In this document: positions 24,201 through 37,690 of the stretch, piece after piece
How positions within the stretch are numbered: the stretch's first letter is position 1
Layout: each line of letters opens with the position of its first letter
Assembly (NCBI GenBank): GCA_973851085.1
Contig: OZ316776.1
Location: 13,144,001 to 13,208,000, forward strand
Source: Ptychomitrium polyphyllum
Taxonomy: Eukaryota
Direction: 5' to 3'
Length of the DNA stretch: 64,000 nt
Notes under the pieces: generated by a model
What the model saw: only the letters and a program-made list of their open reading frames with translations
Database searches by the model: none
What the model was told of the DNA's origin: nothing
Position numbers and translations under genes: made by a program

Positions 24201-27200
24201 AAAGCAACCCAAAATTTAGATTTTGTATTAAAGGAATTTAATGATAAAAATGGTGGATAAAAAGTGATAAACAACTCTTCAATAAAATAAATCAAAGAAA
24301 CAGCTATTCAAATGAATTGAAACTAGACAATAGATGAAAATAATTTTTTTGCTAATCTTTTTAACATGTGTGGAATGATGATAATTACACAAACTTAGAT
24401 TCTTTTACGGATTTTATCTTGCAATTCACTTATTACATGCTGGGGCAATTAGCTATTTGAAAAAATTAAAATTAAAAAATTTCATGCTTAGAATTTTGTC
24501 ATTCCATGAATAATCAATGAACACCAATATTTGAAGAATTTTTGTATCATAATTAAAGGTATGTAGCCTTATATTTCTTCCATATGTTGTTTTTTCTACC
24601 TCTAGAAGATTCAATCCAAATACTTTAAAATATACTTTTAATACTGTACTTTAGATATTGTTCAAGAAATGTAATATGCAATTTATAATCAAGAACATAT
24701 AATATATATAGATTTCCTACATACACCATGCCTATTTCTACCGCTCTACAAATCCATCACTACTACATATTTTTCTCTAAATTAGAGTAAATTTACCTTT
24801 ATATCCATTGAATAATATTCTTAGCCATATGTAAAGTAGGCCTTTTAAGCTTCTTTTAAGAAGAAAAAGACATGGATAATTAGCACATCACTTATATTAA
24901 CACATATTTCATGTATATCATTTATTTACTAAAGATTTACTACAATCACTAATTTAATAGTCAAATGTATTAATTTTCAAAACATTCATAGGAAATATAT
25001 GCTTAGTGTTGATCATTGACAATGATGCTTAAGATCAAAATTTATAATTTCATTGAAATGGAGGCATCTTTCTGTGAACTCAATAGTTTTAATTAAAAAA
25101 ATTCAAAATTACCATAAATCTTATTTTATTGGATTTTAGTGATAATGGGGTGTTTTATTGGATTTAGTGATAATGGGGTGTTTTGCCTTATTGTTCTTTG
25201 GATTGATTGGAAAACCTTGCGAATTTCATGATCTTACTTTTCTACAATTTTAGTCAACCAAATCCACAAATGGAATTAAGTAATCTCATGATATTTTAAT
25301 AAAGCTGTAGGATGTAGGGCTATACTTGTCAACAAACACACATCCTTGTTCAAATTTTTTTATAAAAGTAAGCTGATATCTGTTGTCCAAGTTGAGTGCA
25401 CACATGAAAACTGGATGACCTTGGAACCTGATCTTGCACGGTGGGTGACCACGGGAGAATAAGAATGGGCTGGGGGGGGGGTGCAATGCAAAGTGCCCCT
25501 GGGTAGGATTTGCAGAATGAGGCATCAGGGTGGGTGTCCTAGTGCCTCTGAAATTGTGCATCCTGGTCTCCATAGTCTTGTTTGCCCTAATTTACTCAGG
25601 TTTCCAAGGAGCCGTACCAGAGCATGTGAGCCAGGAGTTTGTGGTGAACTCATTGACATTGCTATTTACTGTACCAAATGTCATGTCCTCTGCCCTTCAT
25701 CCTGTTGTTCATAATAACAGGCACATCCTATTGATAACTTTTCCAATGCTCCCAGTTTTAACCTCACCAGAACCAATCCTAAAGTACCCTTTTCTTTCGT
25801 TGGAAGAAATTCTGTTTTTAATCAGTATTTTTATGATAGAGTCCACCTCCATGACATTCTTTAGCAATTCCAGGAGCAGTTTGGGTGACAGGGTAGCAGT
25901 TCTCATCACCGTCACTTGAAAGAACTTATTGAGAAAATTATCAACAACCATTGGAAAAACTTATTGGAATCATGCATATAAGAGAATAAGAATTTTAACA
26001 TACTTTAAAATGTATTCTTTTGACACAAGGATAGTCATGGATATTTTAGATTGGAAATCCTGAGGCCTCTTTATTTTAGCGTAAATAGCAAGCTTGCAAA
26101 AGAATGTCAATTCTAATGAAGGCTTATCAATTTTGAGGTTTAAGATTCTTGAGGTTTAGGATTATTGACATTTCTTCTTCTGTCTTAAATATCACACATG
26201 CTTTACAATTGGAGAATGGACAATAATTGTTTTTGGCAACAAAACTCTAAGATATTACACATAGGAGGTGGAATCTTGCCTACAACCAACACGTTTATAA
26301 CAATCTGTTTTAACATTTTCCAACTAAAATTTCAATTAGGATTAGGTTGAATATACATATGCAAGTTAATGTTTAGACTAAGCATTTGCTACGTAATCAC
26401 TCTTATAAACAATAATGATTGAGCCCATGTAAACATAAGGACCCCTTCATACCTTATCTTGTTGCCTATAAAAAATTAACTTGGAGAAGAATGAATAAAT
26501 AAGTTGGCCACTTGTATAATTGTAATTAATGCAAAAAAACTCTTTTCATCTTGATTGTTTTGATGTCTTTCTATCTTTTCTTGTAACTTATTTTCTATTT
26601 TAATATCCATGTTTTGAACTCAAATCTTTTGTTCATTTTGTCCCCCATAAGAGAAGTTGTGAAGGACCTTAGGATAGTGGAGCCCCAAATTGCAAATGCA
26701 AATTGCAAAAGCAAGACAAGTCTTTGCAGAGAAACTCCCAAGAAGCCCAAGAATTTTCAATATCCAAATCCACATCCAATTCCATACCCACCAGTTGGTT
26801 CTTGGAAGTTGGTACAATGCCCCAAATTTCAGAAGCAAGAAAATGCTGAAGCTGGAAACAAGAGTACAAGATTTGAAGAATACCATGGGCTTTGATGCAA
26901 AATGCTCAACATTCATTGGCAATACTCTCCAAAGAACAGGACAACCAAAGAATATTGCTGCATTGGATGGAGGACCACACAGTTCAATATGGCATTTGAG
27001 TGCATGGCCCCAAGAGTATGCAAATTGTACACTAACAATAGGAATATTACATTGCCCCTTGTATGGCATTCTGAATTTATATGCTTATGCCTGCAATTTT
27101 TCCTTTAAATATTCTGCCTAGTGGCTTTGTTTGAAAGAATTTCCTTTGTGAACATTTTGAAATTTATAGTAGCAATTGTCAAAAAGTTATTGTGATAATT

Positions 27201-30200
27201 GTTAGAGAAAATAAGAAGTGTGCATGAAGCATGTGTTAGCATTAAGGATGAATTAATTATTCTTATAGTTTAATCCAAAGAAATTGTTTGAAGGACCTAG
27301 TTATTATAAAGTTATGAATATTCAATATCAATTTCCTTGAAATTCTACCTCGTTTCAAAACCAAATGTTTAATTAACTATGAACTATTTAAGTCCAAAAG
27401 TAATAATGTACCTGCTAACCATTAACAAAGAATGGTAGATTAATCAATTTTATTGGAAACATAAGTAAAACATTGAAAGGAAATTGATTGGCACATGAAT
27501 TTTTAAATTCAAATATAAAACTTTAATCAAAAAAGAAGTTCAAATGTGCATTTCTGAGTTTAAATGAGGTCAAAATATTGTTCAATTTAGGCCCAAAAAG
27601 TTTATAAATTGAAACTATTATGTATTAACAACCAATATTTTCTCAAATATAAAAAGCTCATAATTCTTCAAGAATATTATAAATAGGTGAATTTTTTACT
27701 TTAAAAGCATCATTTTATTTACATTATTTGATGGCTTCAACAATGTAAATTTCTACAATAATTTTGTGTGATTATAGTAAATGTGTCATTTGTAATACAT
27801 GTATTATTACCAGTTTCAAATTAAAGAAGAGTTAAGTAATCAGTTATGTTGAATGCATTTAATATTCTTATTCAATGGTGAATACTTCTTATAAAAAAGT
27901 ACCACAATTTTGGATTTTAATTAGTGTACATTACCATTGCTTAATATACACAAAATTCCGTTTAGAAAATTAAAAAGAATATTGTAATTGAATATGCTTA
28001 ATAACTTGAAATTTTAGCATCTATAAATGTAACTTTAAACTTTTCAATGATACTATATTCATTTTTTTTTAATCACATTTGCAAGCAATATTGAATTGCA
28101 ATGTACCATAAGCTAAATGCACAAACAATATGTTCTATTTTGCTTTTGAATATTATTCTATTATTAAATAATAAGATTTTCAAATGCTAATAAGTTGATT
28201 CTAATGCACTTAAAGATGTATTTTTGGAGCTTTTACAAATAAATCATGAATTTTAAATTTTTTCCTAAGCTAAAAGATAATAAAATTTAGTGGTTTTTAG
28301 TCTCTTGTGTATATTTTGAATAAGTCAAGAATTGATTGATTTACAAAGTACAAATTATTTATATCCTATTCTTCATGATTTTTGATAAGATTTCTTTAGA
28401 ATGCCAACAAAGTTTAGATATACTTGTACTTTTCTAATTAATTTTTTTGCAAAAATAGAAAGAAATTAGATTCTACAATAATTTAAAATTATAACTAAAA
28501 ATATATTTGAATTTTGTACTCATGGTTTATACATGTAGATTCAGATATAAGGCAGTGAATGAACAAATACTTTAGTTATGCTAATCTTTCAAAAGCAATT
28601 GGGATTTTTTGTTTTTCTTTCTTTCTTTGTATATAATCTTAATTTTTAAATTGTAGTATTGAGATTCTATGCATCTTCAAAATCAAAAATTGTCATTTTC
28701 CATTTAATTAAAAAATTATATAAAATCATAGATTTAGAAATTTTCACTAAAAAACAATCATTTTGCAATAAACTTCTAATGTATTTTGGAACCAAAATAC
28801 CAAAATATGCTTGCATGATGTAAAAGAGATTAAAAAAGAAAGCAAATAAATAATTGGCTTTCAAGCAAAAAAATTGTAGAATTTAATTATGTACATTTAT
28901 TCAAAAAAGATAAACCATTCAAAAATCTTTTGGCACCAAAAGCATATTGCATATACATTGGATTTTGAAGATTAAACTTATTTATGTTCAAATTATTTAT
29001 GTTCAAATTATGTTCAAATTTTTTGCATTCAAGTCATCAAAGAACAACCTATGACCATGAATTTAGTTCTTGATATTAAATGGTATTTTTGGAATACCAT
29101 AATCAATATACAATATCAATTGTATAATTGTTCTACGTAGATCCATATGCTATCTATTTGTTATAATTTTTAAAAGATGTCATGTGACTATTTGAAATAC
29201 CAATGAATTATTTACTACAAAATAGCAAAAAAAGTCATATTGATTATAAACCTATATATATAAAATATTACTAAATTTTATCATAATTGTAGATTGATAA
29301 AGAAAAACATTGAATTTTTTAATCTATTCAAGATGTCTTTTGAATTTGTAGAAATTCTGAAGAAGGCCAAACTTATGGAAAATTCAATTTAAAATTGTGG
29401 TCATATCCTTTCAATTTGTACCTCTACCAATCACTCAGTTTTCAAAATTCCAAAATTCCAAAATGAAGTAGGAACTTGATTTTTAAACTAAATTTTGATA
29501 AATTAACACTAAAGCAAATGTATAACATCTTATGAAACAAACATGTTGATAAATTAACACTAAAGCAAATGTTATCTTTCTATAAGCTATGTAATATACA
29601 TAATTTAATAATTCCACATGACTTTTATGAAACCAAGTTATTTTTTTTCCCTACAACATGTTTCTTTCATAAAATGTTTCCCTAAAGGTTGTGCTGGGCT
29701 GCATAGGAGGGGTCAGAAGTGCTTAACAATCCGATATTTTAATAACCTCCGAAACTTGTAAACTTTAGAAACATGATGGATTGTAATGGAAACCATACTT
29801 CAATTAAGCCGGTTGCTAATTGGATGCTAATTAGGCATATCAAGATTTTCTTTAATGAAGTCTTCGAGTACACCAGTAACTGTAGGTGACCTTTCATAAT
29901 TTACTACCATTCTCTGATATGCCTCCACATATATTACACAGACAAACCATTACTTATCCAATTTATGATCAAAATCTGTACGTGCAGCTTCAAAATCAAT
30001 GTGGTTTTTAGTGTGCTTCCTCATACAAAGAAACTTGGAAGTAACCAATTATAGGAAAGGTAACTTACACTAATTAGCAAGATTTTTTGCACATATTTGC
30101 AGGAGGGGGACTTCGAATAATGAATTTACAAAAGAATAGATACTAAGTATAAGAACTGGGAGCTACAAATTTCAAAACTGAAAGATTCTGATGTTCTTTG

Positions 30201-30964
30201 GAGCAGGCCTTGGAGATTGTGGAGTTCTGAATAGCAACTCCGATTATTTAGCTTGAAGAGCTTATCCAAGAACTTCAAAATGGCTTCATCACATACAAGA
30301 ATGACGAAGTTATTGCGGTCACGCAACTACAGCCACGCTAAAAAGAAATCTAGTAAAAAAATTCTTCAAATGATGTGAAAACTGAGTAGAGTGGCAGGTG
30401 AAGTAGCATACGCTTGGCCAGTTTGCAGATGCAGTCGAGCTCTGTCCAAAGAAAAGAGCAGACGAAATGATTGTCGGTAAAGCAGAGAAACTTGCTGAAA
30501 CAAGCACGTTTCCACAATCATGAGTCACAAAGACGCCACAACGACGTCACATTTGCAGAAGTCGAATTCATCACCAGACCTCCATCACTGATCTCTGATC
30601 TTGTGTCTCAACCAACGCTCATTGCATTTCCGTCAGACTATCGGTATCATCATCACGGTTTATCTTCCCCGACAAAGTGGAATTTAACAAAGAACGTCAC
30701 ATTACCTGTAGGTGCAAGCTGTGAAGATTACTCAAACGTGAATCATATTGCACTTTCATCTATCATCACTCTTATGTATAGAAAGTGTAATTAGGTCGAA
30801 ACATATTGAACACAACATTCAATTTTCTGGAAAAACTTGAGCGGCTTTCCAAATTCTCACTCTAACGAGTGTCGGTAGCTGGGCCTTCTGAACGAGCGCA
30901 GTCACGTTCCGGTTCGTCCATCCGGAAGCCCACAATTCCACTACCCCTCTTCACTCTGTCATCG

Positions 30965-31235
30965 ACATCACACCATCACACAAAATGAACCAATGCCACA
31001 AATAGAGAGTCCATTCAGAAACAGCAAGAAAGAAAAGCAATTACTCTAGGATATACACTCTCAACTGCCTGGATCACTCTCGATGGACGAAGCATAAATG
31101 TTTGTAACAATATCACACCATCATTCCATCACACAGAACGAATCAGTGCCACAAAATGGGAGAGCTGTTACTGAAAAGCAGCAAGAGGAACAGGCAATTC
31201 CTCACGAGTAAAAAATTTCTACTACCTGGATCACA
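30965..31235. repeat. Diverged tandem duplication (~155-bp period)
   Basis: CCATCACACA..GAA..TGCCACAAA..CAGCAAGA..GCAATT..CCTGGATCAC appears at ~30973-31078 and ~31126-31233. Confidence 0.65.
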
Positions 31236-32363
31236 CGGGATATAACCGAAAGCTGACATTCACGTATGCAAGGAAAATGAAAGGTTTGTAATGACAAGTT
31301 TGGAAGATGAAGCTACATATATACTATACGTACTTGGAATGCAAGAACTTCTTGGTGTTTTCGTCCTTCAAACCATTGTCATCCTGATCTGATAAAGAGC
31401 TATGAGAAACTCCTTCGTTTGAGTATCTGCGAAGTGATCCCTCTCTGCTGACCGCTCCTTGAGGTGCTCGTTCCTATTTCTGCGAAAGTACTGGTCTCTC
31501 GTTGCCTTTTTTTCAGGCTCTCGTTGCCGCCACATCTATTCCCTCTCTAATATTCGAGTGGCTGCAACCATGCATGACTCACCCAAGTCAAGTTCAGCAC
31601 ACATGATTATCGAAGTTAGGTTATCCTTAGGCTTCGCTGGACTGAACTCCAAAAGTGCCCAAACATGCATTCAGCTTGCAATATATAAATTAACAAACTA
31701 TGTGTAATTTATCTGCATAGCGGTCGATTTGAGAAACAGAGTAAAGAGTGTAATGAAAAGGAAGCCAAGAATCAGGCTTTAATCCGATTCCCTATTCACT
31801 TACCCAATCTCTTTTTTCAAATTTCCTCTGTTCCAAACTAACTCAAACCAAAGCTTCGGCAACACAAAAAATTCTACATACGGTATTTCAAATCTTCGAC
31901 AACCTGTAGCTTGGCGCAATCGAAGTGAATTTTTCAGATGGTGAAAACTTCCGACAGAAACTAGTGAAAAGTGCATCGAAATCAGGTTCTGACATGGCGT
32001 GAAGAGTGCGAGAGAAAAATACGTGCCGTGCTGGAGGCTTAGAACCATATAGCAGTCAATATAAGTCAGAACAGTTAAGGGAAGTTTGTATTTGAAAATT
32101 AAAAAGAACGTTAAATGATGCCTAGAGTCCGATTGCAAAGGAAAATGCAACTTTACAAAGTGTCTCCTCTTATGAGATGCTGTGCAGGAGTTTTCTAAAC
32201 ATGAGCCTGTAACGTCTATACCATGGATCACTCAAATGCTGGTGATAAAGTGCTCACAATATGTCCCGCTCACATTCCAGTTACCTAGGTTACCTGTAGC
32301 TCTCAAAATCGTCAATCATCCCATATTGCCAGAACTTTGGTCTGAATCAATTCGCTACAATAT

Positions 32364-35300
32364 CTACACTTCAGAGCCGGCGAGCCAGCTTTGGTATCCA
32401 AAAGCCTCTCCATTGGCAATGAGGGCTTTGACTGTTGGCAGCCCGAAGGGGTCAGCCTCCTCCAACACCTTCAAAACTGTCCCTCCTCCCGTAAACATAT
32501 AATACTTGGGGCTATCTAGAGCAGCATGGTACAGCCCTGGGTGCAAACTATTCACAACCACAAAAGAAAGTCAGCTTCTTGAAAGGGGAAAAACGGCACT
32601 CCTGTCAAATTAGAAAACAGTTTTTAATCAAAAGAGATTAAAGGGCAATGCAATGGGCTCTGCCTCACTTTAATTTTTTCAATTAAAATTTCTCACATTC
32701 GTTTACATTAATTTTTTTACAAAAATAAGAAAAGAAATGAAAATAAGAATAAACAGATTCAATGCATAGTAAAACAAAACCGATGACGGGAGATAATGAA
32801 ATGAGTGGCATCAATTATAACTGCAATAGAAACGTCACAAAATGGAACAAGACCAGCACAGAAAAACCAATGTTCATACCACAGCATAACATCATTTATG
32901 AGCATTAAAATGAAACAACCAATGAACAAACAATCACATCACAACCTGCTAACAATTATCTCTGTGCACAACGATCACCCAGGTGCATAAGGAAATGAAG
33001 TACCAATCTGAGGCAAAAGGAAAGAGGGTTGACCTTTTAAACTCCTGAAGCGTATCACCTCCACCAAAGAATTTTTGAGCAGTGCGGTTGCGGTCAATAG
33101 TTTCGTCCATCTTGCTAGTTCCATGCCAAAATGCTGGCATCAGACCCATGACGGCGTTTACAAATATGGTTTTGGCAGAGTCCAGCCCCTCGTGCACTTC
33201 TGGAGTGTCAAAAGATGCAGGGTCCACGTCCACAATGAACTGGAACTCCTGCCCTGGTTTGAAGTCCTACATAACAAATGAATCAACACAGTGAAGTCTC
33301 TAGAATTAGGAATGAGGATCTCCAGTCCAGGCAAAACAAGGGACGAGTTTCTTAAATAGAGCAGGTGCAAAAATCGCAGGAAAATACTTATTGGAGCATC
33401 AAAGCTGGTTCTCAAGCTTTTTTTCATCCCAGTTTGACTTTAAGGATCTAAGTTTTCTTGGTTGAGATTGAAGAAGAGTCGTGCTTAGTAGGTGCCTCCA
33501 CTTGCCGTGATTCTTGTTCACTTTAGCTTATCTTTTGTTTTCACTCACTGGAATGAGACACAAGGTAGAGGGCCAAAATAGGGACCAAAGAGGGTGTCTT
33601 TTTAAGGATAACTTTTAGTATGCAGAATGTGAGGTAGACACCAAGAATCATCTGCAGATAGTAGAGAGGGAACATTAAAAATATACCTTGATGTGAATTG
33701 TTCGAAACTTTCCTTCGATGCGGCCCTCCAAAGTATCAGACTCCACCAAGTAAGGCAGTTCAAGAATTTTCTTTTCATTCCTGTCCTGTTCCACAAGATC
33801 TTTTGCTAATGCAATATCGGACTCCTGCAGAATACATACAAGTTGCAAGTAAATCGATAAAATCACAGGTAGAATCAAAAACAAAACGTTTGGAATATTT
33901 TTCTTCAACACTCTGGACCAATTTGTTATCTGAAAATGCATATTTGGGGTAATTTCTGGAAATTTTAAATAACAAAAAAATAATTCGGTTTTAAAAGAAA
34001 CAAACTAGTCTCCCCCCTACAGGTATTTATCCCATTACACAGATCTAGATATTTATTTCATCCCCTTCAAGCGAAGAATGAAGTATAACAACTCACCTCC
34101 ACACCCTTGATCTTGAAGCCGTACTTGGCGCACAGGAATGTGTTGTAGATAAGCCCACCGAGAATAAGATGGTCCACTCTCTTGTAGATTGCAGTTAGCG
34201 GCCCTATTTTGGTGTCATACTTTGCACCGGCAACTATAGCTACAAATGGCCTCTTTGGTTCCAGTACTGCCCTCACATTGGACAGCTCATCCTGCACACC
34301 ACCAAGTGTAATCTTGAATGAGCAAGGTTCTGGTATAAAATGATTTTCAACCTGAAATTTACTCGAAGAATTCTGTGAATCAGCTCACTCAATTGGCTGC
34401 CTGGCCTAAGGCATGAGGAGATTTGTGTCAGTGTTAAAGATAGGACCAAACCAAGCAGAGGAATTTGATCATCTAAAGGTACGGTACCCAAGTGAAGGAA
34501 AATCCTCAAATTGAAAGCTGTAGAAAAGTCACCTGCATACACAGGCCGGCGAAGGAGGGCAAATACTTTGTAACGTGGTAAGTAGAGGTATGTGGTTGCC
34601 ATGAGCCGAAGGCATCATTCACGTACACATCCGCTAGCCCAGCTAATTGCACCGCAAGGCGTTCCATTTTCTCACCCTTGTCTTCTTCTCCCTGTACAAA
34701 TAGCAGATTATGAATTACTGTAAGATATGGAATCATTGCTAGAAACTTCATAACGTTACCTATATAGCAGTGTCAAGAACACAACTTCAAACGTGCGAAC
34801 TAGCATCTCTTGTGTTTAAAGCAAATTTCTTGGAGCCAGACCTTTGATAACCCTCAGGTGAAGTCTCAAACTCATGGTACCAACTCACTAGGATGTGTAC
34901 TGGGGTCACTATAAAATGTCATGTTGAATCGAAACAGATATTCACCATCTAAACAGATCGATTCATAACACATTCCAACACTTGGGATTCGACAACTATG
35001 CTCTCAGAAGCTGATAATGGAGGATGACTAGTAGTCACAATATATTAAATAACAGCTCTTCATGAACAAAGGACTTGGAATGTACTTACTGCAAACCAAC
35101 GAGTGTTTGGCAAGTAGATGCCACCAATTTTGCGAGCTCGCAGGTCGTGAATCAACCAGTTGATGGAGGTGTCGATGTCATGAATCCCCTCCTTGTCAAA
35201 AACATGAAACTTGGGCACCGCAAATTTGATGCGCAGCTTTCGTTGTAAGTACCCAACTACTGCATCAACAGCATCATCTTGCTTGACAGTCAGGGTTTTT

Positions 35301-36570
35301 GACTTCTTGTCGTATGGACGCCCAACGTGGGTCATTATGATGAGCCTATCCAAGAAGTGGTACTCGTCAGTGAAATGCAAGCTACCTACATTAAAAAGAC
35401 ATCACCAGTATGCCTCTTCTTAATGAAAGGAATGCCCTTGAGGTAGGGATTCCTTATCACAACAGGGTTCCTACACCATCACACAAAGATTCACACAATC
35501 TTAACCACAAAAAGAACACTATTGGCAATTTGGTGTTGTGCATGCGTCCATGTTGTGTAAAGGTAGTCTATGGTTGCTTTCGAGTCCCTATAAACACAAT
35601 CTTCAAGACCATGTACAAAATTCAGAGATTTGTCTTTTTTTCTAATACGGCCTCCTTGAATAAAGAAACTAAGGAATTTTGCTCACGTTCATTGTTTGCA
35701 TTCTGAAAGTGGCAGTTATGAGTTCTCTATCTTACGCTCCATCCAAGTTCTCAGACATAAACCCCGTATTCTTTTGTATTTACTAACGAATATACCAGAC
35801 TCCAGATTAAGCTGACTACACTTTGCTCGTGATTGATAGCATCTCCGAAGATTCGTCACAACTTATTAACTCAAGAAGCCTACCTGCCACCACGTTCAAT
35901 AATGTTGTACATAGTCGCCAATGTCACATCAATACGATACTGATCCAATATTTTTCCTGTCAAACCCCATCAATGCAGTTACTGTTAGAGCCTTTTACAG
36001 ACATTCCCGTAAATCGTTGAAACATCCTACACAAGCGTTGTCCACATTCTAATCACAAAGAAAAGAATCTAGACTATAAACACTTTTGATGATTGCATTT
36101 GAATTTCACCAGTTTGCGGGTGATCGTTTTTGACATCTATACTAAATTCTAGACTAAACTACTTCTCTCAGTTTCTCTGCTCGTAAGTTATCTGAGGGAT
36201 TAAGAAAACCTAGTTTGGTAGTACAGGATTATGGCAATGCTGGAAGGGTTAGATCACGATAAACATTCAATATCACGTCACTTGCAAAGAAACGTGATTG
36301 CTGGTTTACATTCAAGAAGCTAAAACGACAAGCTTACTTCAGGAAATTTCATGGCTGAAATTCAGTTCTTCTGATGTAACGGCGAATCTGACCTTTTTTG
36401 ACGACATTGTGGTCGACACGGAGGAGAACAACTTTGTCTTCGAGATCGGCATGCTGTAAGAGAGGCAGAGTAGCAACGAGTGGCTCTTTATCATGCTCGT
36501 GGTCATCCACCGTATATCCCACCCTCATGCCGTTGCCATTGCCGTCCTTTTGATTCAAGTAGGGACCCAT
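32364..36570 (-). CDS. PGK: Phosphoglycerate kinase, divergent type; 8 coding exons, 471 aa
   Basis: Exons 36570-36393, 35956-35884, 35345-35090, 34691-34533, 34291-34097, 33824-33687, 33266-33034, 32547-32364. All introns GT-AG, phases compatible, total 1416 nt. PGK motifs in order: LLRVDHNV, YRID, THVGRP, PNTRW, VYVNDAFG, PKRPFVAIVAGAKYDTKI, LILGGLIYNTF, DVDP, FVNAVMG, GGGDT, FTGGGTVL. Confidence 0.92.
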
Positions 36571-36599
36571 TTCCACAACTCTTGCAATCAAGCCCCTCT

Positions 36600-37167
36600 C
36601 TGCAAACGAACAATTTCCAACACAGTTGGGCTTCTTCTCGTGTGATCAATCGTGAAAATCTAAACTCTATGAATACACCCAATTGCTGTCCCCCGCTAGT
36701 AGATCACGTAATAATCCATCTCTAGGAACTAGATAACCAAATCAAGAGCTCACAACCATATCATCTCAAATCATGTTAAACCCCTAAACTTATCCCAGTA
36801 CTCATTCCATACTTGACCTGATCCAGCCAACCATTCCTATCAGAGGACTGATTTGAGAAACTATACAATTTGGTACAAAACAAAAATCTAGATCAATCCC
36901 CTCAAGTTAGAAAACAGTGCCCAACTCACCGACAATTCAAGTTCCTCACAAACTTGGCATAATCGGTTCAACTTCACCGCATCTACAATACCCACTAGCT
37001 GCATCCAACCAACATCAAACTAGAAAGGTGATCGGAGTATCGATCTAGAAATAGTACCTCAAACCTCGGTCTCGCACAGAAAAACGCGACCTTGGGAATG
37101 GTCCCAAAGACGACAGTTTTGGACACCGCAACGCACGATCCGGAACACTAGCCCGCCAATAACTTAC
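36600..37167 (-). other. Probable 5'-UTR intron of the PGK gene (upstream non-coding exon in GC-rich 37168-~37400)
   Basis: Donor GGT|GTAAGT at 37168/37167 and acceptor TTTGCAG| at 36600; the joined junction gives an in-frame TAG before ATG 36570, so the upstream exon is non-coding. Confidence 0.55.
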
Positions 37168-37518
37168 ACCAAACGAAACTCCCAAGTCCGATCGTCCACA
37201 CTCGCAGACTCTGGAAACGTGATGCGAAGGTCTTATTGTGGACTCCGACGAGACTGCATTGCGGCACCATCGCCACTTCCCGGCTGGGAGAACTGCGCGG
37301 TCGTGGTTGTACGCGCGGTTGGACGAGGACAGCGCCTGCAATTTGCTCTGCCGTTGTGGGACGCGCGATTGCGAGCGCGGTTGGGGAGCACTGGGTGAGT
37401 CAGGCGAATACACGACCCTCGACACCAGCAGCGAAACGAGGCGAAGCTCACTCCGATCATTCCTCTTTCTTGCGCTGCTGATTTGGCAAGGCTCTCTTTT
37501 GCTGACTTGGCACGGTTG

Positions 37519-37532
37519 GACGCGCACGTGGA
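37519..37532 (-). promoter_or_regulatory. G-box/ABRE (CACGTGG) next to a CGCG element in the PGK upstream region
   Basis: GACGCGCACGTGGA; motif match only. Confidence 0.3.
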
Positions 37533-37611
37533 GGTGGTGACTGAACTGTTCTGGGCCCTCCCATTCGGACTCAGCACGGTGATTCAAGGTTGTCACTTGA
37601 CTCCACACCAG

Positions 37612-37690
37612 TAAGGGTGAGTTACTGAGTGTAGTACGCACTCACACTATGGGGGCTAGATTCACACTATGGAGCATAGGCTCACCCTTA
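37612..37690. mobile_element. Small MITE-like element (79 bp) with 10-bp terminal inverted repeats
   Basis: TAAGGGTGAG ... CTCACCCTTA perfect inverted repeat (outer TA may be the target-site duplication); internal TCACACTATGG x2. Confidence 0.35.

Noticed and set aside
25286..27121. Cluster of 66-149 aa ORFs on both strands in a less AT-rich patch
   Set aside because: No recognisable motif or consistent splice model; may be decayed transposon coding sequence but cannot be supported without a search.
37045..37641. 198-aa minus-strand ORF upstream of PGK as a possible N-terminal extension or transit peptide
   Set aside because: Non-ATG start in GC-rich promoter/5'-UTR DNA; splicing at the best donor (37168) creates an in-frame stop before the PGK ATG.
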